Shown piece by piece: positions 48,955-60,575 of a DNA stretch of 64,000 nucleotides. The stretch is taken from positions 159,922 through 223,921 of the forward strand of contig NZ_DATLJK010000013.1 in NCBI RefSeq assembly GCF_035538955.1, written 5' to 3'. Made by a program: the position numbers and the translations under genes. Below the pieces are notes generated by a model. That model was not told where the DNA came from. It saw only the letters and a program-made list of their open reading frames with translations, and did no database searches. Position 1 is the stretch's first letter. Each line of letters starts with the position of its first letter. This DNA comes from Hansschlegelia sp. (GTDB lineage: Bacteria; Pseudomonadota; Alphaproteobacteria; Rhizobiales; Methylopilaceae).

Positions 48955-50103
48955 TCAGCTGGCGAGGTCGGCCACCACGGCGTCGAGCACCGGAAAACCC
49001 TCCGGCGTCACCCGCAGCCGGTCGGCGCCGACGCGCTCGACCATGCCGTCCATGACGAGGTCGTCGATGCGGCGCTGGTCGAGCCGGCGGCCGGAGATGC
49101 GGTGGAAGCGCGCTAGGTCGATGCCCTCGGCGAGCCGCAGCCCCATCACCAGGAACTCGTCGGCCTGAGCTTCGAGGCTCAGCGCCTCGTCGACCACGAG
49201 GCCCGCCCCCTCCGCTTCGACGGCGGCGGCCCAGAGCTCCGGGTTGCGCTCGGTGGCGAGTTCGCGGCGCGCGCCGTCGACGATCAGCCGGCCATGCGCG
49301 CCGGGCCCGACGCCGGCATATTCGCCGTAGCGCCAGTAGACGAGGTTGTGGCGGCTCTCGCAGCCGGGCTTCGCATGGTTGGAGATTTCGTAGGCGGGCA
49401 TTCCGGCATGGCCGCAGACCTCCTGCGTCACGTCCCACAGCGCGCGCCCGGTCGCCTCGTCGGGCGTCTTGAGCTTGCCGGCCTGATGGAGCGCGAAGAA
49501 CGGCGTGCCTTCCTCGATGGTCAGCTGGTAGAGCGACAGGTGTTCGGTGCCGTAGCCGATCGCGCGCGTCAGCTCCTCCCGCCACGCTTCGGGCGACTGG
49601 CCGGGACGGGCGTAGATTAGATCGAAGGAGACGCGCGGAAAGATCGCGCGCGCCAGCTCCATGGCGGCGAGCGCCTCCTCCACGGTGTGAAGCCTGCCGA
49701 GGGCGGCGAGGTCGGCGGCCTCGAGCGCCTGTACGCCAAGCGAGACGCGGTTGACGCCGGCAGCCCGATAGCCGCGGAAACGGTCCGCCTCGACGCTGGT
49801 CGGGTTCGCCTCGAGCGTGATCTCGGCCTCGTCCTCGATCTCCCACCCGTCTGCGATCGCCTCCAGGATGCCGGCGACCGTCTCGGGCTTCATCAGCGAG
49901 GGCGTGCCGCCGCCGAAGAACACGCTCGCGACTTTGCGGCCCGGCGCCAGCGCGGCCATGTGCGCGATCTCACGCCGGAAGGCGGCGAGGAACCGGCCCT
50001 GGTCGATTTCGGCGCGGCGGACATGGCTGTTGAAGTCACAATAGGGGCACTTGGCCGCGCAGAACGGCCAATGTACATAGACCCCGAAGCCGGGCTCGCT
50101 CAC
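48955..50103 (-). CDS. hemW: Radical SAM heme chaperone HemW (HemN-like)
   Basis: [34 protein letters not shown]. Confidence 0.93.
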   Translation of the reverse strand: MSEPGFGVYVHWPFCAAKCPYCDFNSHVRRAEIDQGRFLAAFRREIAHMAALAPGRKVASVFFGGGTPSLMKPETVAGILEAIADGWEIEDEAEITLEANPTSVEADRFRGYRAAGVNRVSLGVQALEAADLAALGRLHTVEEALAAMELARAIFPRVSFDLIYARPGQSPEAWREELTRAIGYGTEHLSLYQLTIEEGTPFFALHQAGKLKTPDEATGRALWDVTQEVCGHAGMPAYEISNHAKPGCESRHNLVYWRYGEYAGVGPGAHGRLIVDGARRELATERNPELWAAAVEAEGAGLVVDEALSLEAQADEFLVMGLRLAEGIDLARFHRISGRRLDQRRIDDLVMDGMVERVGADRLRVTPEGFPVLDAVVADLAS

Positions 50104-50759
50104 CGCGGCGGGCCTTCCGGGAACAGCGCCGCCATCAGCTCGCCGAAGGCGCGGGCGCGGTGCGACAGACCGCTGCCGCGGCCGGAATGGTCCCAGGTCA
50201 CGCTGTGCTTCTCGTCGGCGGTCATCTCGCCGAAGGTGCGCTCGTGGCCGTCCGGCCGGAAGATCGGGTCGTAGCCGAAGCCAAGATTTCCGCGCGGCGG
50301 CCAGACGATCTCGCCGGAAACCGAGCCCTCGACCGCGATCGCTTCCCCGGACGGCCAGGCGAGGCAGAGCGCCGCCACGAAGGCGCCCCGGCGATCCTCC
50401 GCCGCGGTCGCGCCGCGATCCTGCAGATCCTCCTCGACGCGCTGCATGGCGGCCGCGAAGTCCTTATCCGGTCCGGCCCAGCGCGCGGAGAAGATGCCCG
50501 GAGCGCCCCAGAGCGCCTGCACCGCAAGCCCGGAATCATCCGCGAGCGCCGGCAGATCGGAGGCGGCGGCCGCAGCCTCCGCCTTGATGTGGGCGTTCTC
50601 CGCATAGGTCGTGCCGGTCTCGTCCGGCTCCGGCAGGCCGAGCTCGCCGGCCGACACCAGCTCCAGCCCGAACGGCTCCAGCAGCTCGCGGAACTCGCGC
50701 AGCTTGCCGGCATTGTGGGTCGCGATCACGAGCCGGGGGCCGAGGGGAGGGAGGCTCAC
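50100..50759 (-). CDS. rdgB: dITP/XTP pyrophosphatase
   Basis: [32 protein letters not shown]. Confidence 0.95.
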   Translation of the reverse strand: MSLPPLGPRLVIATHNAGKLREFRELLEPFGLELVSAGELGLPEPDETGTTYAENAHIKAEAAAAASDLPALADDSGLAVQALWGAPGIFSARWAGPDKDFAAAMQRVEEDLQDRGATAAEDRRGAFVAALCLAWPSGEAIAVEGSVSGEIVWPPRGNLGFGYDPIFRPDGHERTFGEMTADEKHSVTWDHSGRGSGLSHRARAFGELMAALFPEGPPR

Positions 50760-50770
50760 GGGCGTTCCTC

Positions 50771-51493
50771 TCAGGCGACGGCGAGCTTCTGCAGCTCGAC
50801 GAGGTTCGAGCAGGCGGTCTTGGCGAGGCCGAGCAGCGACATGAGCTCCGCTTCCGAGAATGGCGCGCCTTCGGCCGTGCCCTGCACCTCGACGATCCCG
50901 CCGGAGCCGGTGAGCACGAAATTCGCGTCGGTTTCGGCGCTGGAATCCTCGGCATAGTCAAGGTCGACCACCGGGGTTCCCTTGAACAGGCCGCACGAGA
51001 CGGCCGCCACGTGGTCCTTCAGCGCCGGACCTTTCAGCATGTCGCGCGCCTTCATCCAGGCCAGGCAGTCGTGCAGCGCGACCCAGGCGCCGGTGATCGA
51101 GGCGGTGCGGGTGCCGCCATCGGCCTGCAGCACGTCGCAATCGACCGTGATCTGCCGCTCGCCAAGCATCTTGAGGTCCACTACGGCGCGCAGGGAGCGG
51201 CCGATCAGCCGCTGGATTTCCTGGGTGCGGCCCGAAGGCTTGCCGGAATTCACCTCGCGGCGCGTGCGCTCATGGGTGGCGCGCGGCAGCATCGCGTACT
51301 CCGCCGTCACCCAGCCGCGGCCCTGGCCGCGCAGCCAGCCGGGGGCCTTGTCCTCGAGGCTCGCGGCGCACAGCACATGGGTCTCGCCGAACTTCACCAG
51401 GCACGAGCCTTCCGCATAGCGCGCGACGCCGCGCTCGAGGGATACGGCGCGCATGACCTCGGGGGCGCGTTTCGACGGACGGATCGACATCAA
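50771..51493 (-). CDS. rph: Ribonuclease PH
   Basis: [32 protein letters not shown]; start could be ATG 51490. Confidence 0.97.
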   Translation of the reverse strand: MMSIRPSKRAPEVMRAVSLERGVARYAEGSCLVKFGETHVLCAASLEDKAPGWLRGQGRGWVTAEYAMLPRATHERTRREVNSGKPSGRTQEIQRLIGRSLRAVVDLKMLGERQITVDCDVLQADGGTRTASITGAWVALHDCLAWMKARDMLKGPALKDHVAAVSCGLFKGTPVVDLDYAEDSSAETDANFVLTGSGGIVEVQGTAEGAPFSEAELMSLLGLAKTACSNLVELQKLAVA

Positions 51494-51630
51494 GGGCTCG
51501 CAGGCTTTCGGGAACGGCGTTCCTTCTGCCCTCGCGGCGCGTCCGCCGCAAGCGCGGCGGCGCTTGATCGCGGGGCGCGCTTGCGAAATCCTGCCTGTTC
51601 ACGCGTGCGGCGAAGGCCTACCTCACAGGC

Positions 51631-52713
51631 ATGTCAATTGAACGCCCGATCACCGAAACGACCGCCGGCCTCGCCCAGCTCGATCGCCGGTCTCGCGAGA
51701 TTTTCCGCCGCATCGTCGACAGCTATCTGACGACCGGTGAGCCGCTCGGCTCCCGCAACGTATCGCGGCTGCTGTCGGTCTCGCTGTCGCCGGCGTCCGT
51801 CCGCAACGTCATGGCGGACCTCGAGGCGCTCGGCCTGATCTACGCGCCGCACACGAGCGCCGGCAGGCTGCCGACCGAGCTCGGCCTGCGCTTCTTTATC
51901 GACGCAATGATGGAGGTCGGCGAGCTTTCGCCGGACGACAAGAGCGCAATCGAGCGTCAGGTCGCTGGCTCAAACCGCTCGCGCTCGGTCGAGGAGGTGC
52001 TGACCGATGTCTCCAGCATGCTGTCCGGGGTCTCGCGCGGAGCGGGCGTCGTGCTCGCCGGCAAGCAGGACCCGGCGATCAAGCACATCGAGTTCGTGCC
52101 GCTCGATCCGGAACGGGCGCTGGTCGTGCTGGTCGGTGAGGACGGCTCGGTCGAGAACCGCATTCTGCCCTTGCCCCGCGGCCTGCCGGCTTCCGCGCTG
52201 GTCGAGGCGACCAATTTCCTGAACGGCCATATGCGCGGCCGCACCCTCGGAGAGGCGCGCGAGGCCGTCGAGAGCGCATTGTCGACGGCGCAGACGGAGC
52301 TCGACGCGCTCTCGACGCGGATCGTCGAAGCCGGGCTGGCGAGCTGGGCCGGCGCCTCGGAAGGCGAGCCGCGCCAGCTGATCGTGCGCGGCCAGGCCAA
52401 TCTGCTGGAGGACCTCCGTGCCCTCGAGGATCTCGAGCGGATCCGCCTGCTGCTCGACGATCTGGAAACCAAGAAGGGCGTCATCGACCTTCTGGGCCGC
52501 GCCGAAACCGGCGACGGCGTGCGCATCTTCATCGGCTCGGAGAACAAGCTGTTCTCGCTCTCGGGCTCCTCGATGGTGGCTGCCCCGTTCCGGGACGGCG
52601 ACCGCAAGATCGTCGGCGTGCTGGGAGTCATCGGCCCGACCCGGCTGAACTACGCCCGGATCGTGCCGATGATCGACTACACCGCCAAGGTGCTCGGCAG
52701 CCTTCTGAGGTGA
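51631..52713 (+). CDS. hrcA: Heat-inducible transcription repressor HrcA
   Basis: [31 protein letters not shown]. Confidence 0.97.
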   Translation: MSIERPITETTAGLAQLDRRSREIFRRIVDSYLTTGEPLGSRNVSRLLSVSLSPASVRNVMADLEALGLIYAPHTSAGRLPTELGLRFFIDAMMEVGELSPDDKSAIERQVAGSNRSRSVEEVLTDVSSMLSGVSRGAGVVLAGKQDPAIKHIEFVPLDPERALVVLVGEDGSVENRILPLPRGLPASALVEATNFLNGHMRGRTLGEAREAVESALSTAQTELDALSTRIVEAGLASWAGASEGEPRQLIVRGQANLLEDLRALEDLERIRLLLDDLETKKGVIDLLGRAETGDGVRIFIGSENKLFSLSGSSMVAAPFRDGDRKIVGVLGVIGPTRLNYARIVPMIDYTAKVLGSLLR

Positions 52714-52723
52714 GGCGTCGGAA

Positions 52724-52749
52724 GCGTCGCCGGGCCGGCCCGGCGACGC
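52724..52749. terminator. GC-rich hairpin between convergent genes
   Basis: Perfect 26-nt palindrome GCGTCGCCGGGCCGGCCCGGCGACGC; no U-tract. Confidence 0.55.
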
Positions 52750-52759
52750 CGGCGCGCGC

Positions 52760-54088
52760 TTAGCTGCCTGCCTGCGCGGGCGTGACGCGCCAGACCTTGT
52801 TGCCGACATCGTCGGCGACCAGCAGGGCGCCGGACTTGTCGATCGCGACGCCGACCGGTCGGCCCTGCGCCTCGTCCTTGCCGTTGAGGAAGCCGGTCAG
52901 CACGTCCTCGGGCGCCCCGCTCGGCATGCCGTCCTTGAACGGCACGAAGATCACCTTGTAGCCGCTCTGCGGGGTGCGGTTCCACGAGCCGTGCTGGCCG
53001 ACGAAGGCGCCGTTGCGGTACTTCTCGGGGAACAGGCCGCCGGTGTTGAAGGTCAGCCCAAGCGAGGCGGTGTGGGGTCCGAGCGCGTAGTCGGGCACGA
53101 TCGCCTTCTCGACCAGATCCGGCCGCTGCGGCTTCACGCGGTCGTCCACATGCTGGCCATAGTAGCTGTAAGGCCAGCCGTAGAAGCCGCCGTCCTTCAC
53201 CGAGGTCATGTAGTCCGGCACGAGGTCGGAGCCGAGTTCGTCGCGCTCGTTGACGACCACCCAGAGCGCGCCGCTGTCCGGCTGCCAGGACGGACCGTTC
53301 GGGTTGCGCAGCCCGGAGGCGAACAGGCGCACGTTCTTGCTGGCGATGTCGACCTCGAGGATCGCCGCGCGGTTCTTCTCGGCGTCCATGCCGTTCTCGG
53401 CGACGTTCGAGTTCGAGCCGACGGTGGCGTAGAGCTTGGAGCCGTCGGGGCTCGCCACCAGATCCTTAGTCCAGTGGTGGTTGATCGGCCCGCCCGGCAG
53501 GTCGACGAGCTTTTCGACCGGCGCTTTGATCTCGGTGTCGCCCTCCCGGTAGGGGACGCTGACGATCGCGTCGGTGTCGGCGACGTAGAGGCGGTCGCCC
53601 GCGAGCGCCATGCCGAAGGGCGAGTTTAGGCCGGTCAGAAACGTCTTGCGGACCTCGGCCTTGCCGTCGCCGTCCGCGTCGCGCAGCAGCGTGATGCGGT
53701 TCGCGCTTTTCACCTTGGCGCCGGCGCGGTCCATGAAGAAGCTCTGGAACCACGCCTTGACGCCCTTGCCGTCCTCAGGCTTCGGCGGCTCGGCCGTCTC
53801 CGCGACCAGCACGTCGCCGTTCGGCAGCGCGTAGACCTTGCGCGGATGATCGAAGCCTCCGGCGAACTCGGTCACCTGGAAGCCGGCGCCGGCCTTCGGC
53901 GTCGCGCCATCCGCCCAGCCGACCGCCTTGGAGACGTTGACGTGCGGAATCCAGCTCTTCTGCGGCGCCGGAAGCGTCGGGTTGGGGCCGTAACCCTGGG
54001 CGATCGGAACCTTCGCTTCGTCATTGCAGCCCGCGAGCGCGAAGCCCGCGGCGGCGATGATCAGCGCCTTTGAAACCATCGATGTCAT
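52760..54088 (-). CDS. PQQ-dependent (sorbosone-type) sugar dehydrogenase, lipoprotein
   Basis: Lipobox LAGC; [31 protein letters not shown]. Confidence 0.9.
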   Translation of the reverse strand: MTSMVSKALIIAAAGFALAGCNDEAKVPIAQGYGPNPTLPAPQKSWIPHVNVSKAVGWADGATPKAGAGFQVTEFAGGFDHPRKVYALPNGDVLVAETAEPPKPEDGKGVKAWFQSFFMDRAGAKVKSANRITLLRDADGDGKAEVRKTFLTGLNSPFGMALAGDRLYVADTDAIVSVPYREGDTEIKAPVEKLVDLPGGPINHHWTKDLVASPDGSKLYATVGSNSNVAENGMDAEKNRAAILEVDIASKNVRLFASGLRNPNGPSWQPDSGALWVVVNERDELGSDLVPDYMTSVKDGGFYGWPYSYYGQHVDDRVKPQRPDLVEKAIVPDYALGPHTASLGLTFNTGGLFPEKYRNGAFVGQHGSWNRTPQSGYKVIFVPFKDGMPSGAPEDVLTGFLNGKDEAQGRPVGVAIDKSGALLVADDVGNKVWRVTPAQAGS

Positions 54089-54288
54089 AGAGAGCAGCCC
54101 AAAAACGTGAGGATGGGAAAAGCGCGCGCGACGGCTGGCCGGCCGCGCGTCCCCAAAACGGTGATCAACCGCCGTTGAGGACGCGAGGTTCCGCGCAAGT
54201 TAGACGCTTCCTGGGCCGGAGCAGTCTCCGGATGCTCCGGATACCCGTAGCCGACGCAACACTCTCTAAGGCCTGAGAGAGCCGCTCA

Positions 54289-55830
54289 ATGTCGCTGTTC
54301 GAGAGCCTTCTCACATTGATGTTAGCGGCGATCGTGCTGCTGCAGCTCTCGCGTCGGCTCGCGGTTCCCTATCCGACGCTGCTCGCGATGGCCGGCGTAG
54401 CCGTCGCGGCGCTGCCCTGGGCGCCCTCGATCCGCATCGAGCCGCATCTTGCGCTGGCGCTGTTCATCGCTCCGGCGCTGCTCGACGCCGCCTTCGACTT
54501 CGCCCCGCGCGAGCTGCGCCGCCACTGGGCGCCGCTGATCGCGCTCGCGGCCGTGGCGGTGCTGCTCACGGCCGCCGCCGTCGCCGCCCTTTCGGTGTGG
54601 TGGGGACTGCCGCTGGTCGCAGGCGTCGCGCTCGGCGCAATCGTCGCGCCGCCGGACGCGGCCGCGGCCTCGACGATCATCCGGCAGGTCGCGCTGCCGC
54701 GCGCCACCGCCTCGGTGCTGCAGGGCGAGAGCCTGCTGAACGACGCCGCCGCGCTGCTCATCTTCAGCGCCGCGGTGACGATCGCCACGACAGGCGAGCC
54801 CTTCGCTGCGCTCGCGCCGGGTCTCGTGCTCGCGCCGATCGGCGGGGTGATCGGCGGCGCGCTGACCGGGGTCGCCTATCTCCAGCTCCTGCCGTTCCTC
54901 GCCGGCACGCTTGGCGGCACGCTGTTTGAATTCGTCAGCACCTTCGGCGTGTGGATCATCGCCGAGCGGCTCGGTCTGTCGCCGATCCTCGCGGTCGTGG
55001 CCTTCGGGATGGTGCTCGCCCGCGGCGCCCCGGAGCGACATTCGCCGCGCGACCGGGTGCGCTCCTATTCGGTCTGGGAGGCGGTGGTCTTCCTGCTCAA
55101 CGTGCTGGCCTTTTTGCTGATGGGCATCCAGGGGCGGGAGATCGTCAACCGGCTGCCCTCCGCCGAGCTCTGGGACGCCGCGCTGTTCGCGCTCGCGGTG
55201 CTGGGCGTGGTGATCGCCGTCCGCTTCGCCTGGGTGATGGCCTACGGCCGCATCGCCAGTCTGATCGTCCGCTGGCGCGGCCGCGGAACGGCGCCGACTG
55301 TGGCGCAGGGGATCGCGGTGTCGTGGTGCGGGATGCGCGGCCTGATCACGCTCGCGACCGCGCTCGCCCTGCCGCCGGGCTTCCCGCACCGTGACCTGAT
55401 CGCGCTCGCGGCCTTCGCGACCGTGCTCGGAACGCTCGTCGGCCAGGGGCTGACGCTGGCTCCGCTGATCCGGCTGCTGCGCTTCGAGCGCGACGGAACC
55501 TTCGACAAGGAACTCGTCGCGGCCCGGGTGGAACTGATCGAGGCGGCCGAGGCCGTCCTGGACAAGAGCGACAGCCGGGCCGCGCGCTGGCTGCGGGAAG
55601 AGCTCAGCGCCGCCGCCCGCGCCGCGACCGAGGCCGGTCGCCACCCGAGCGCCGAGGGCGAAGCCGACGAGTTGCGGAGAGCGGCGCTCGCCGCCAAGCG
55701 CAAGCGCCTCTCGGAGCTCCGCCGCCGCGGCGAGATCGGCGACGACGTGTTCCACGCGCTCGAGGAGGAGCTCGACTGGGCCGAGCTCGCCGCCTCTCCG
55801 CCGGACCGGTTCGAGACCCTCGAGGTCTGA
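54289..55830 (+). CDS. CPA1-family Na+/H+ antiporter
   Basis: APPDAAAA, GESLLNDA, GMRG.ITLATAL; many TM helices. Confidence 0.92.
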   Translation: MSLFESLLTLMLAAIVLLQLSRRLAVPYPTLLAMAGVAVAALPWAPSIRIEPHLALALFIAPALLDAAFDFAPRELRRHWAPLIALAAVAVLLTAAAVAALSVWWGLPLVAGVALGAIVAPPDAAAASTIIRQVALPRATASVLQGESLLNDAAALLIFSAAVTIATTGEPFAALAPGLVLAPIGGVIGGALTGVAYLQLLPFLAGTLGGTLFEFVSTFGVWIIAERLGLSPILAVVAFGMVLARGAPERHSPRDRVRSYSVWEAVVFLLNVLAFLLMGIQGREIVNRLPSAELWDAALFALAVLGVVIAVRFAWVMAYGRIASLIVRWRGRGTAPTVAQGIAVSWCGMRGLITLATALALPPGFPHRDLIALAAFATVLGTLVGQGLTLAPLIRLLRFERDGTFDKELVAARVELIEAAEAVLDKSDSRAARWLREELSAAARAATEAGRHPSAEGEADELRRAALAAKRKRLSELRRRGEIGDDVFHALEEELDWAELAASPPDRFETLEV

Positions 55831-55842
55831 GCCGGGGGAGCT

Positions 55843-57360
55843 TTACGCGTCCGCCAGATAGGCGTGGCCGGCGCGCAGCACCGTCTGGTCGTCGAACGAC
55901 CGCCCGGTGAACATCAGCCCGACCGGAAGCCCCGAGACGTCGTGGCACGGCACCGAGATCGACGGGTGTCCGGTCAGGTCGAAGGCGGCGGTGTTGCAGA
56001 CCATGTTGAGGGCCTGCGCGATATGCTGGGCCCGGTCCACTTCCGGCAGCGGCGGGATTTCGTGCGCGGTCTGCGGCGTCGTCGGCATGACCACCAGGTC
56101 GAAGCTCTCGAACACCTTGTCGTAGGCCGCCGTCAGCTGACGCGCGAGGTTCTGCGCGCGGCCGTAGAACACGCCGTGATACTGCGCGCTCATATATTCC
56201 GAGAGCACCACGCCGAGCTTGGCGGTCGGCGAGAAATCGCCGCCATTGGTCTTGATGCCGCGGTTCATCGCCGACATCAGCCGCGTGTTGTACCAGCCCT
56301 TCATGCCGTAGGCGTTGAGCCCCTGGTAGAAGGTCGCGATGCCGCCTTCGATCGCGATGCTGTTCCAGATCGCCGGGACGCGCGCATGCTCGGGGACTGA
56401 GATCTCCTCGACCGAGGCGGCGAGTTTCCGGAGGTGCTTGACCGCCTCGCGCACCGCCTTGTCGACTGCCTTCATCGACCAGGGCGTGCCGAAGCCTTCC
56501 TTCACGACGCCGATCCGCAGGCCCTTGATCGAGCCGGTCAGGGCGGCCGCATAGTCGACCTTGTTGATCGTGGTGGGCTGGCGCATGTCGCGCGCCGTGT
56601 CGTCGACGCCGGCGATCACCGAGAGCAGCAGCGCCGCGTCCTCGACCGTCTTCGCCATCGGGCCGACATGGTCGATGGTCGGGTCGAAGCCGGCGATGCC
56701 GGTGTAGGGCACGAGACCGTGCGTCGGCTTGTGGCCGACGATGCCGGACCAGGAGGAGGGGATGCGGATCGAGCCGCCCTGGTCGCCGCCGAGCGCGATG
56801 TCGACCTGGCCGCTCGCGACCGAGGTGGCGGAGCCGCAGGACGAGCCGCCCGCGACATGCTTCTGGTTCACCGGGTTGAGGCCGGCCCCATAAGCGCTGG
56901 TGTGGCCGCCGCCCGAGAACGCGAAATCGTCGGTGTTGAGCATTGCGGTGATGTGGCCGCCGGCCTCCAGGATGCGCTTCACCACAGTGGCGTCGGCGTC
57001 GGGGATGAAGTCGTAGAGCAGGCGCGAGCCGCAGCTCGTCGGAATGCCGGCGACGCAGATCGTGTCCTTGATGCCGATCGACTTGCCCGAGAGCGGACCC
57101 GTGGCGTCGACAGCGCGCACGTCGCAGGTCCGCACGACGCCGTTCAGCGGGTCCTCCGCCGGGCTCGGCCGGGCGCCCGGAATGCGGATGGCGGGGACGA
57201 CCGGCCGGACCGGGTCCGGCGTCTGGTCGAGCTCGTCGTAAAGCTCGAGATTGGCGGCGACCATCTTCTCCATGACGTCGAGCTCGGCGTCGGTGAGCCG
57301 AATGTGCGAGCGCGCGCTGATGGCGCGAATGTCGTCCCGGGACGGCCGCCGCAGGGTCAT
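55843..57360 (-). CDS. Amidase-signature family amidase
   Basis: IGIKDT, GGSSCGS, GGDQGGSIRIPSSWSG (Ser-cisSer-Lys triad). Confidence 0.93.
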   Translation of the reverse strand: MTLRRPSRDDIRAISARSHIRLTDAELDVMEKMVAANLELYDELDQTPDPVRPVVPAIRIPGARPSPAEDPLNGVVRTCDVRAVDATGPLSGKSIGIKDTICVAGIPTSCGSRLLYDFIPDADATVVKRILEAGGHITAMLNTDDFAFSGGGHTSAYGAGLNPVNQKHVAGGSSCGSATSVASGQVDIALGGDQGGSIRIPSSWSGIVGHKPTHGLVPYTGIAGFDPTIDHVGPMAKTVEDAALLLSVIAGVDDTARDMRQPTTINKVDYAAALTGSIKGLRIGVVKEGFGTPWSMKAVDKAVREAVKHLRKLAASVEEISVPEHARVPAIWNSIAIEGGIATFYQGLNAYGMKGWYNTRLMSAMNRGIKTNGGDFSPTAKLGVVLSEYMSAQYHGVFYGRAQNLARQLTAAYDKVFESFDLVVMPTTPQTAHEIPPLPEVDRAQHIAQALNMVCNTAAFDLTGHPSISVPCHDVSGLPVGLMFTGRSFDDQTVLRAGHAYLADA

Positions 57361-57522
57361 GTGATGTCCTTCTCGAACCGAATGCTTCGTCGTTTGCGGA
57401 GAGGCGCGGCGGGCGCGTCGCTGCGCCGGGCCTGCGCCGCGATGCTCGTCGAGCTTTCGCAGTGCAACAAATGAATTGTTCCGTTAGCATTCATGGCGTC
57501 CCGCCATGAATGAGCGTCGGCG

Positions 57523-58449
57523 ATGTTCGACCCGGACCTGCTGCGCGCTTTCGTGACGGTCGCCGACTGCGGCGGCTTCAGCCGCGCGGCCGAGCGGTTG
57601 AACTCCACCCAGTCGACCGTCAGCCACCAGATCAAGCGGCTGGAGCGGCAGGCGGGAAGAACCTTCCTCAACCGCACCACGCGCGCGCTGTCGCTCACCG
57701 AGGACGGCGAAATCCTGATCGGTTACGCGCGGCGCTTCCTGCAGCTGATCGAGGACGCGACCGAGCATCTCGGCTCGCCGAAGCTCGGCGGGGTCCTGCG
57801 CTTCGGCGCTTCGGACGATTTCGCCGCGCAGTGCCTGCCGGAGATCCTCAGCCGCTTTCGCCGCATCCATCCGGACGTGCATCTCACCGCCGAGATCGGC
57901 GTCAGCCGCGCGCTGGTGGAGCGGCTCGGCGCGGGTGATCTGGACCTCGCGCTGGTCAGACGGCCTGCCGGCGAGACCGGCGGCGAAGTGGTGTTCCGGG
58001 ACCGGATCGTCTGGGCCGCAGCCCCTGACCTTCGGCTCGAGCCCGGCGCGCCGGTTCCGCTCGCGCTGTTCCCGCAGCCCTGTGTCTACCGGGCGGCGGC
58101 GCTTGGCGCTCTCGAGAGAGCCGGCCGCGCCTGGGAGGTCGTCTACGCCTGCCCCAGCCTCGCCGGCGTGCAGGCCGCCGTGCGCGCGGGACTGGGGGTC
58201 ACACCGCTGGCGGGGCGATTTCTGGGGTCCGGCCTCGTGCGCGCAGACGGCGTCGGGCTGCCCGACCTGCCCGACGTCGAATTTGCGCTCTACAGCGTCG
58301 CCAGCAAGCGGGTCGCCCCGGCGGCCCGGGTTTTCGGCGAGCTGGTCCGCTCATGGCTCGCGCAGCATCCGACCGGCGACGGATTCGGAGCTCCGGAGCT
58401 TCTGATGTGGCGCAACCCCGCCGCCCGAGCCCGCGCCGGCCTCCGCTGA
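57523..58449 (+). CDS. LysR-family transcriptional regulator
   Basis: LLRAFVTVADCGGFSRAAERLNSTQSTVSHQIKRLE HTH; divergent from the amidase; ATGAAT-N12-ATTCAT inverted repeat at 57471-57494. Confidence 0.95.
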   Translation: MFDPDLLRAFVTVADCGGFSRAAERLNSTQSTVSHQIKRLERQAGRTFLNRTTRALSLTEDGEILIGYARRFLQLIEDATEHLGSPKLGGVLRFGASDDFAAQCLPEILSRFRRIHPDVHLTAEIGVSRALVERLGAGDLDLALVRRPAGETGGEVVFRDRIVWAAAPDLRLEPGAPVPLALFPQPCVYRAAALGALERAGRAWEVVYACPSLAGVQAAVRAGLGVTPLAGRFLGSGLVRADGVGLPDLPDVEFALYSVASKRVAPAARVFGELVRSWLAQHPTGDGFGAPELLMWRNPAARARAGLR

Positions 58450-58461
58450 TCGCGGGCCCGC

Positions 58462-59373
58462 TCAGCCGGCGTGACGGGCAGGGGATGCAAAGCGCTGGCG
58501 GAGCGGCTCGACCAGCGTCGCCGACAGGATCAATGCGCAGCCGAAGAATTCCCGCGGCCCGAACGGGTCGTCCGCCAGGATCGCGGACGACGCGAAGGCG
58601 ATTCCCACCTCGCACATCAGCAGCAGCATCAGCCGGGTCGGGGTGAGCCGCGCCGCCCCCCACAGGGTGAGCAGGTTCATCGGCAGGAACAGCAGCGTGC
58701 CGAGCGCAGCCGCCGGCAGGAAGGTCGCGGTCAGGCTGTTCGCCGCGGCGAGCGCCCGCTCGAGCCCGTCCGGGTTGTACAACGCGCCCGCAAGCCATGC
58801 GGAGAGGGCGGAGCCCACCGCCCAGGCCCAGGTGAATGCGACCGCGCCCGGCGCCGGGTGGCGGTGGATCAGGAACGACGACAGCGCGAACAGCGCGCCG
58901 GCCCCGAAGGCGAACAGGTCTCCGAGATTGACGCTGCCGCCTTCGCCGCCGCCCGGCCCGAGGATCACGACCAGTCCGGCGAAGCCGAGCGCGAGCTCGA
59001 AGCCGCGGGTGAGCCCGATCGGCCTTCGCAGCGCGAGGAACTCGATGAGCGTGGTCCAGGCCGGCGCGAGATAGAACAGCAGCGTGGCGCGCGCGACCGT
59101 GGTGAGCGTCACGCCGAGATAGTAGCAGGTCATCGCGACGCCACCGGTCAGGCCGATCCAGCCGATCGCGCGCCAGTGCCCAGAGAGCCGCGCCCGCGCG
59201 CGCCAGATCAGCGGCGCCAGCACAAGCGCCAGCGCGCCGAACATCACCGCCACCGCCCAGTCCGGATCGAGCCCGCGCTCCTGAAGGGCGCGCATCGGGT
59301 ACCAGGCTGTGCCCCAGAACAGGGTCGACAGCGCCACCGCGAGCGTGGGCGAGATCAAACGTCCGGCCCGCAT
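58462..59373 (-). CDS. DMT/EamA family transporter
   Basis: About 10 TM helices; LLFYLAPAWTTL EamA pattern; ATG 59373. Confidence 0.88.
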   Translation of the reverse strand: MRAGRLISPTLAVALSTLFWGTAWYPMRALQERGLDPDWAVAVMFGALALVLAPLIWRARARLSGHWRAIGWIGLTGGVAMTCYYLGVTLTTVARATLLFYLAPAWTTLIEFLALRRPIGLTRGFELALGFAGLVVILGPGGGEGGSVNLGDLFAFGAGALFALSSFLIHRHPAPGAVAFTWAWAVGSALSAWLAGALYNPDGLERALAAANSLTATFLPAAALGTLLFLPMNLLTLWGAARLTPTRLMLLLMCEVGIAFASSAILADDPFGPREFFGCALILSATLVEPLRQRFASPARHAG

Positions 59374-59488
59374 GTCTTCCGATTCCCCGCCCGTGATTGA
59401 GAGGCGCGCTCTTGGCACGCCGCAGCCCCGAAGTCGACGGGCGGGGAAGCTCTCCGGGCGATCTCCGGGTTGGCCGGAAACGCTTGGC

Positions 59489-59506
59489 CGGCAACTAATT
59501 GCTGTC
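59489..59506. promoter_or_regulatory. Operator-like imperfect palindrome, copy 1 (CGGCAACTAATTGCTGTC)
   Basis: Identical 18-mer at 60576-60593; core GCAA-N4-TTGC; intergenic. Confidence 0.6.
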
Positions 59507-59642
59507 CTTCGCAGCCGCAGCACGATTGCTTTCGCGCCGCTCCGGCGGCTCCCGCGCCGGTCGGGAGACACGCTTGCACCACGCGGCTTCGCGCAGACCG
59601 TTTCCCTGGCTCGGCCTGCCGACCGACCGGGCTCTGATCCGC

Positions 59643-60548
59643 ATGGGCGTTGGGGCGGCCTGCCTGCTCGTCGCCTCGGCGAGCTGGGGCTTCAACTGGC
59701 CGGCCATCAAGGTGATCTCGCTCGAGATTCCGCCGATGTTCGCCCGCGGCGTCGCCGCGATGGCGGCGGCGGCCCTGCTGTTCGGGCTCGCGGCCCTGCG
59801 GCGCGAACGGCTCCTGCCCGGCGCAGGCCAATGGCGTTCGCTGGCCTGGCGGTCCTTCACCAACGTGTTCGCCTGGATGGGGTTTTCGGCGCTGTCGGTC
59901 CAGTGGCTGCGGCCGCCTGAGGGCGCGCTGCTGGTCTACACCATGCCGCTCTGGGCCATGCTGCTGTCCTGGGCGCTCGAGGGCGTCCGCCCGACGGCGC
60001 GCGCGCTCGCCGCGCTCGTGATGGCGGCGGCGGGCGTGGCGGTGATCCTCGGCGGCTCCGGCATGGCGTTCAGCGCGGCGCGGCTGCCGGGCGTGGGCTT
60101 CGCGCTCGCGGCGGCGGTGCTGTTCGGGCTCGGCTCGGTCACGGCGCGCCGGCCGCTCGCGTTGCCGGCGCTGAGCGCCACGGCCTGGCAGCTCGCTCTC
60201 GGCGGGCTCGCGCTCGCCGCGGTATCGCTCGCTTTCGAGAGCCAGCCGGCGGCGCCGTTGTCGGCGCAAGGGCTGTGCGCCTGGGCCTATATGGCGCTCG
60301 GGCCGATGGCGGCCGGCTATCTGGCCTGGTTCGCGGCCGTGCGCGCACTGCCCGCCTCGGTCGCCGCGACGGGCATGCTCATGGCCCCGCTGTGGGCTGC
60401 GGTCGGCTCCTTCCTGGCGTTCGGCGACCGCTTCAGCGGCATCGAGGCGATCGGCTTCGCCGCGACCCTCTGCGGCGTCGCGCTGGCGCTCTCGCCGGGC
60501 CTGCGCCGGCCGGCCGCGCCGGTGCGGGCGGAGCCCGTCTCCGCCTGA
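59643..60548 (+). CDS. DMT/EamA family transporter
   Basis: SWGFNWPAIK, LLVYTMPLW EamA patterns; ATG 59643. Confidence 0.88.
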   Translation: MGVGAACLLVASASWGFNWPAIKVISLEIPPMFARGVAAMAAAALLFGLAALRRERLLPGAGQWRSLAWRSFTNVFAWMGFSALSVQWLRPPEGALLVYTMPLWAMLLSWALEGVRPTARALAALVMAAAGVAVILGGSGMAFSAARLPGVGFALAAAVLFGLGSVTARRPLALPALSATAWQLALGGLALAAVSLAFESQPAAPLSAQGLCAWAYMALGPMAAGYLAWFAAVRALPASVAATGMLMAPLWAAVGSFLAFGDRFSGIEAIGFAATLCGVALALSPGLRRPAAPVRAEPVSA

Positions 60549-60575
60549 CGGGCGGCGCCCGCAATGCACGCGGAG

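Noticed and set aside
51494-51630. CIRCE element near hrcA
   Set aside because: No TTAGCACTC-N9-GAGTGCTAA or close variant found.
59489-59503. 18-bp motif read as a sigma-54 promoter
   Set aside because: GG-to-GC spacing is 9 nt in both copies; sigma-54 requires 10.
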